This document shows positions 63,671 through 64,000 of a DNA stretch of 64,000 nt, piece after piece (within the stretch, counting starts at the first letter, position 1; every line of letters starts with the position of its first letter). A program made the position numbers and the translations under genes. Source of the DNA: an uncultured Candidatus Rokubacteria bacterium. Lineage in GTDB: Bacteria; Methylomirabilota; Methylomirabilia; Rokubacteriales; CSP1-6. Below the pieces are notes generated by a model, which saw nothing but the letters and a program-made list of their open reading frames with translations, was not told the origin of the DNA and did not search any database. The stretch is from assembly GCA_963771355.1 (NCBI GenBank), contig CAVYTA010000006.1, forward strand, positions 2,080,001-2,144,000. Direction: 5' to 3'.

Positions 63671-64000
63671 CGCGCCAGGTGCTGGAACCAGACGCGCGTG
63701 GCCGCCTCGATCTTCTCGGGCGTCCACAGCGGCGCGGTGCGCCAGTCCTCGATGTGCCGGAGCATGGAGGCCACCCCCTGCGGGAAGGACACCGTGGGGG
63801 TCCACCCCAGGTGCCGCTGGATCTTGGTCACGTCCGCCCACGTGCAGTCGGGCTCGCCCGGACGCTTGGGGAGACGCACGACCTCGCCCTCCATCAGCTC
63901 GACCAGGCGGTTGACCGTGGGGGGCGTGCCGCCGCCGCCGAGGTTGTAGATCTCGCCCTTGCGGTCCGACTCCGCCGCCTGCAGATAGGCGCGGGCCACG
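63667..64000 (-). CDS. NAD-dependent epimerase/dehydratase, C-terminal part (5' end outside the window)
   Basis: GEIYNLG, PKRPGEPD..WAD..KI and LGWTP. Confidence 0.8.
   Translation of the reverse strand, partial: VARAYLQAAESDRKGEIYNLGGGGTPPTVNRLVELMEGEVVRLPKRPGEPDCTWADVTKIQRHLGWTPTVSFPQGVASMLRHIEDWRTAPLWTPEKIEAATRVWFQHLAR

Overview
High-GC bacterial chromosomal DNA, densely coding. Gene content suggests a Candidatus Rokubacteria/Methylomirabilota-like organism; this is an inference, not something I could test. Left to right: (1) a small catabolic/uptake block (isochorismatase-family, DapA-like aldolase, DinB, class-III aminotransferase, Liv-type ABC transporter); (2) comM and a lytic transglycosylase; (3) an hsp20-dnaK-dnaJ-hspR-lon heat-shock operon with HAIR-like operators, no grpE, and a J-protein with SPD instead of HPD; (4) mazG, a macro-domain gene and a complete type IVa pilus locus (pilBTC-pilSR-pilA, TMTC-like glycosyltransferase, pilD, a second sigma54-driven pilin, pilMNOPQ); (5) aroC-aroB, a second TMTC-like glycosyltransferase, a TPR gene, efp-accB-accC-thiE; (6) a second Liv transporter with catabolic genes; (7) from about 52.9 kb, a frameshift-riddled glycan locus: a GT-C-like membrane protein plus a minus-strand operon (epimerase, nucleotidyltransferase-kinase, Gfo/Idh/MocA, Cys-less UDP-glucose-dehydrogenase-like protein, GmhB-like, GmhA-like, epimerase, transaldolase, three methyltransferases). 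The strongest candidates for a new system are (a) this operon, whose enzyme-family set parallels the lincosamide NDP-octose pathway but sits in a surface-glycan context, and (b) eukaryote-like TMTC O-glycosyltransferases embedded beside a Ser/Thr-rich, cysteine-free pilin. I saw no tRNA, rRNA, CRISPR array or transposase.
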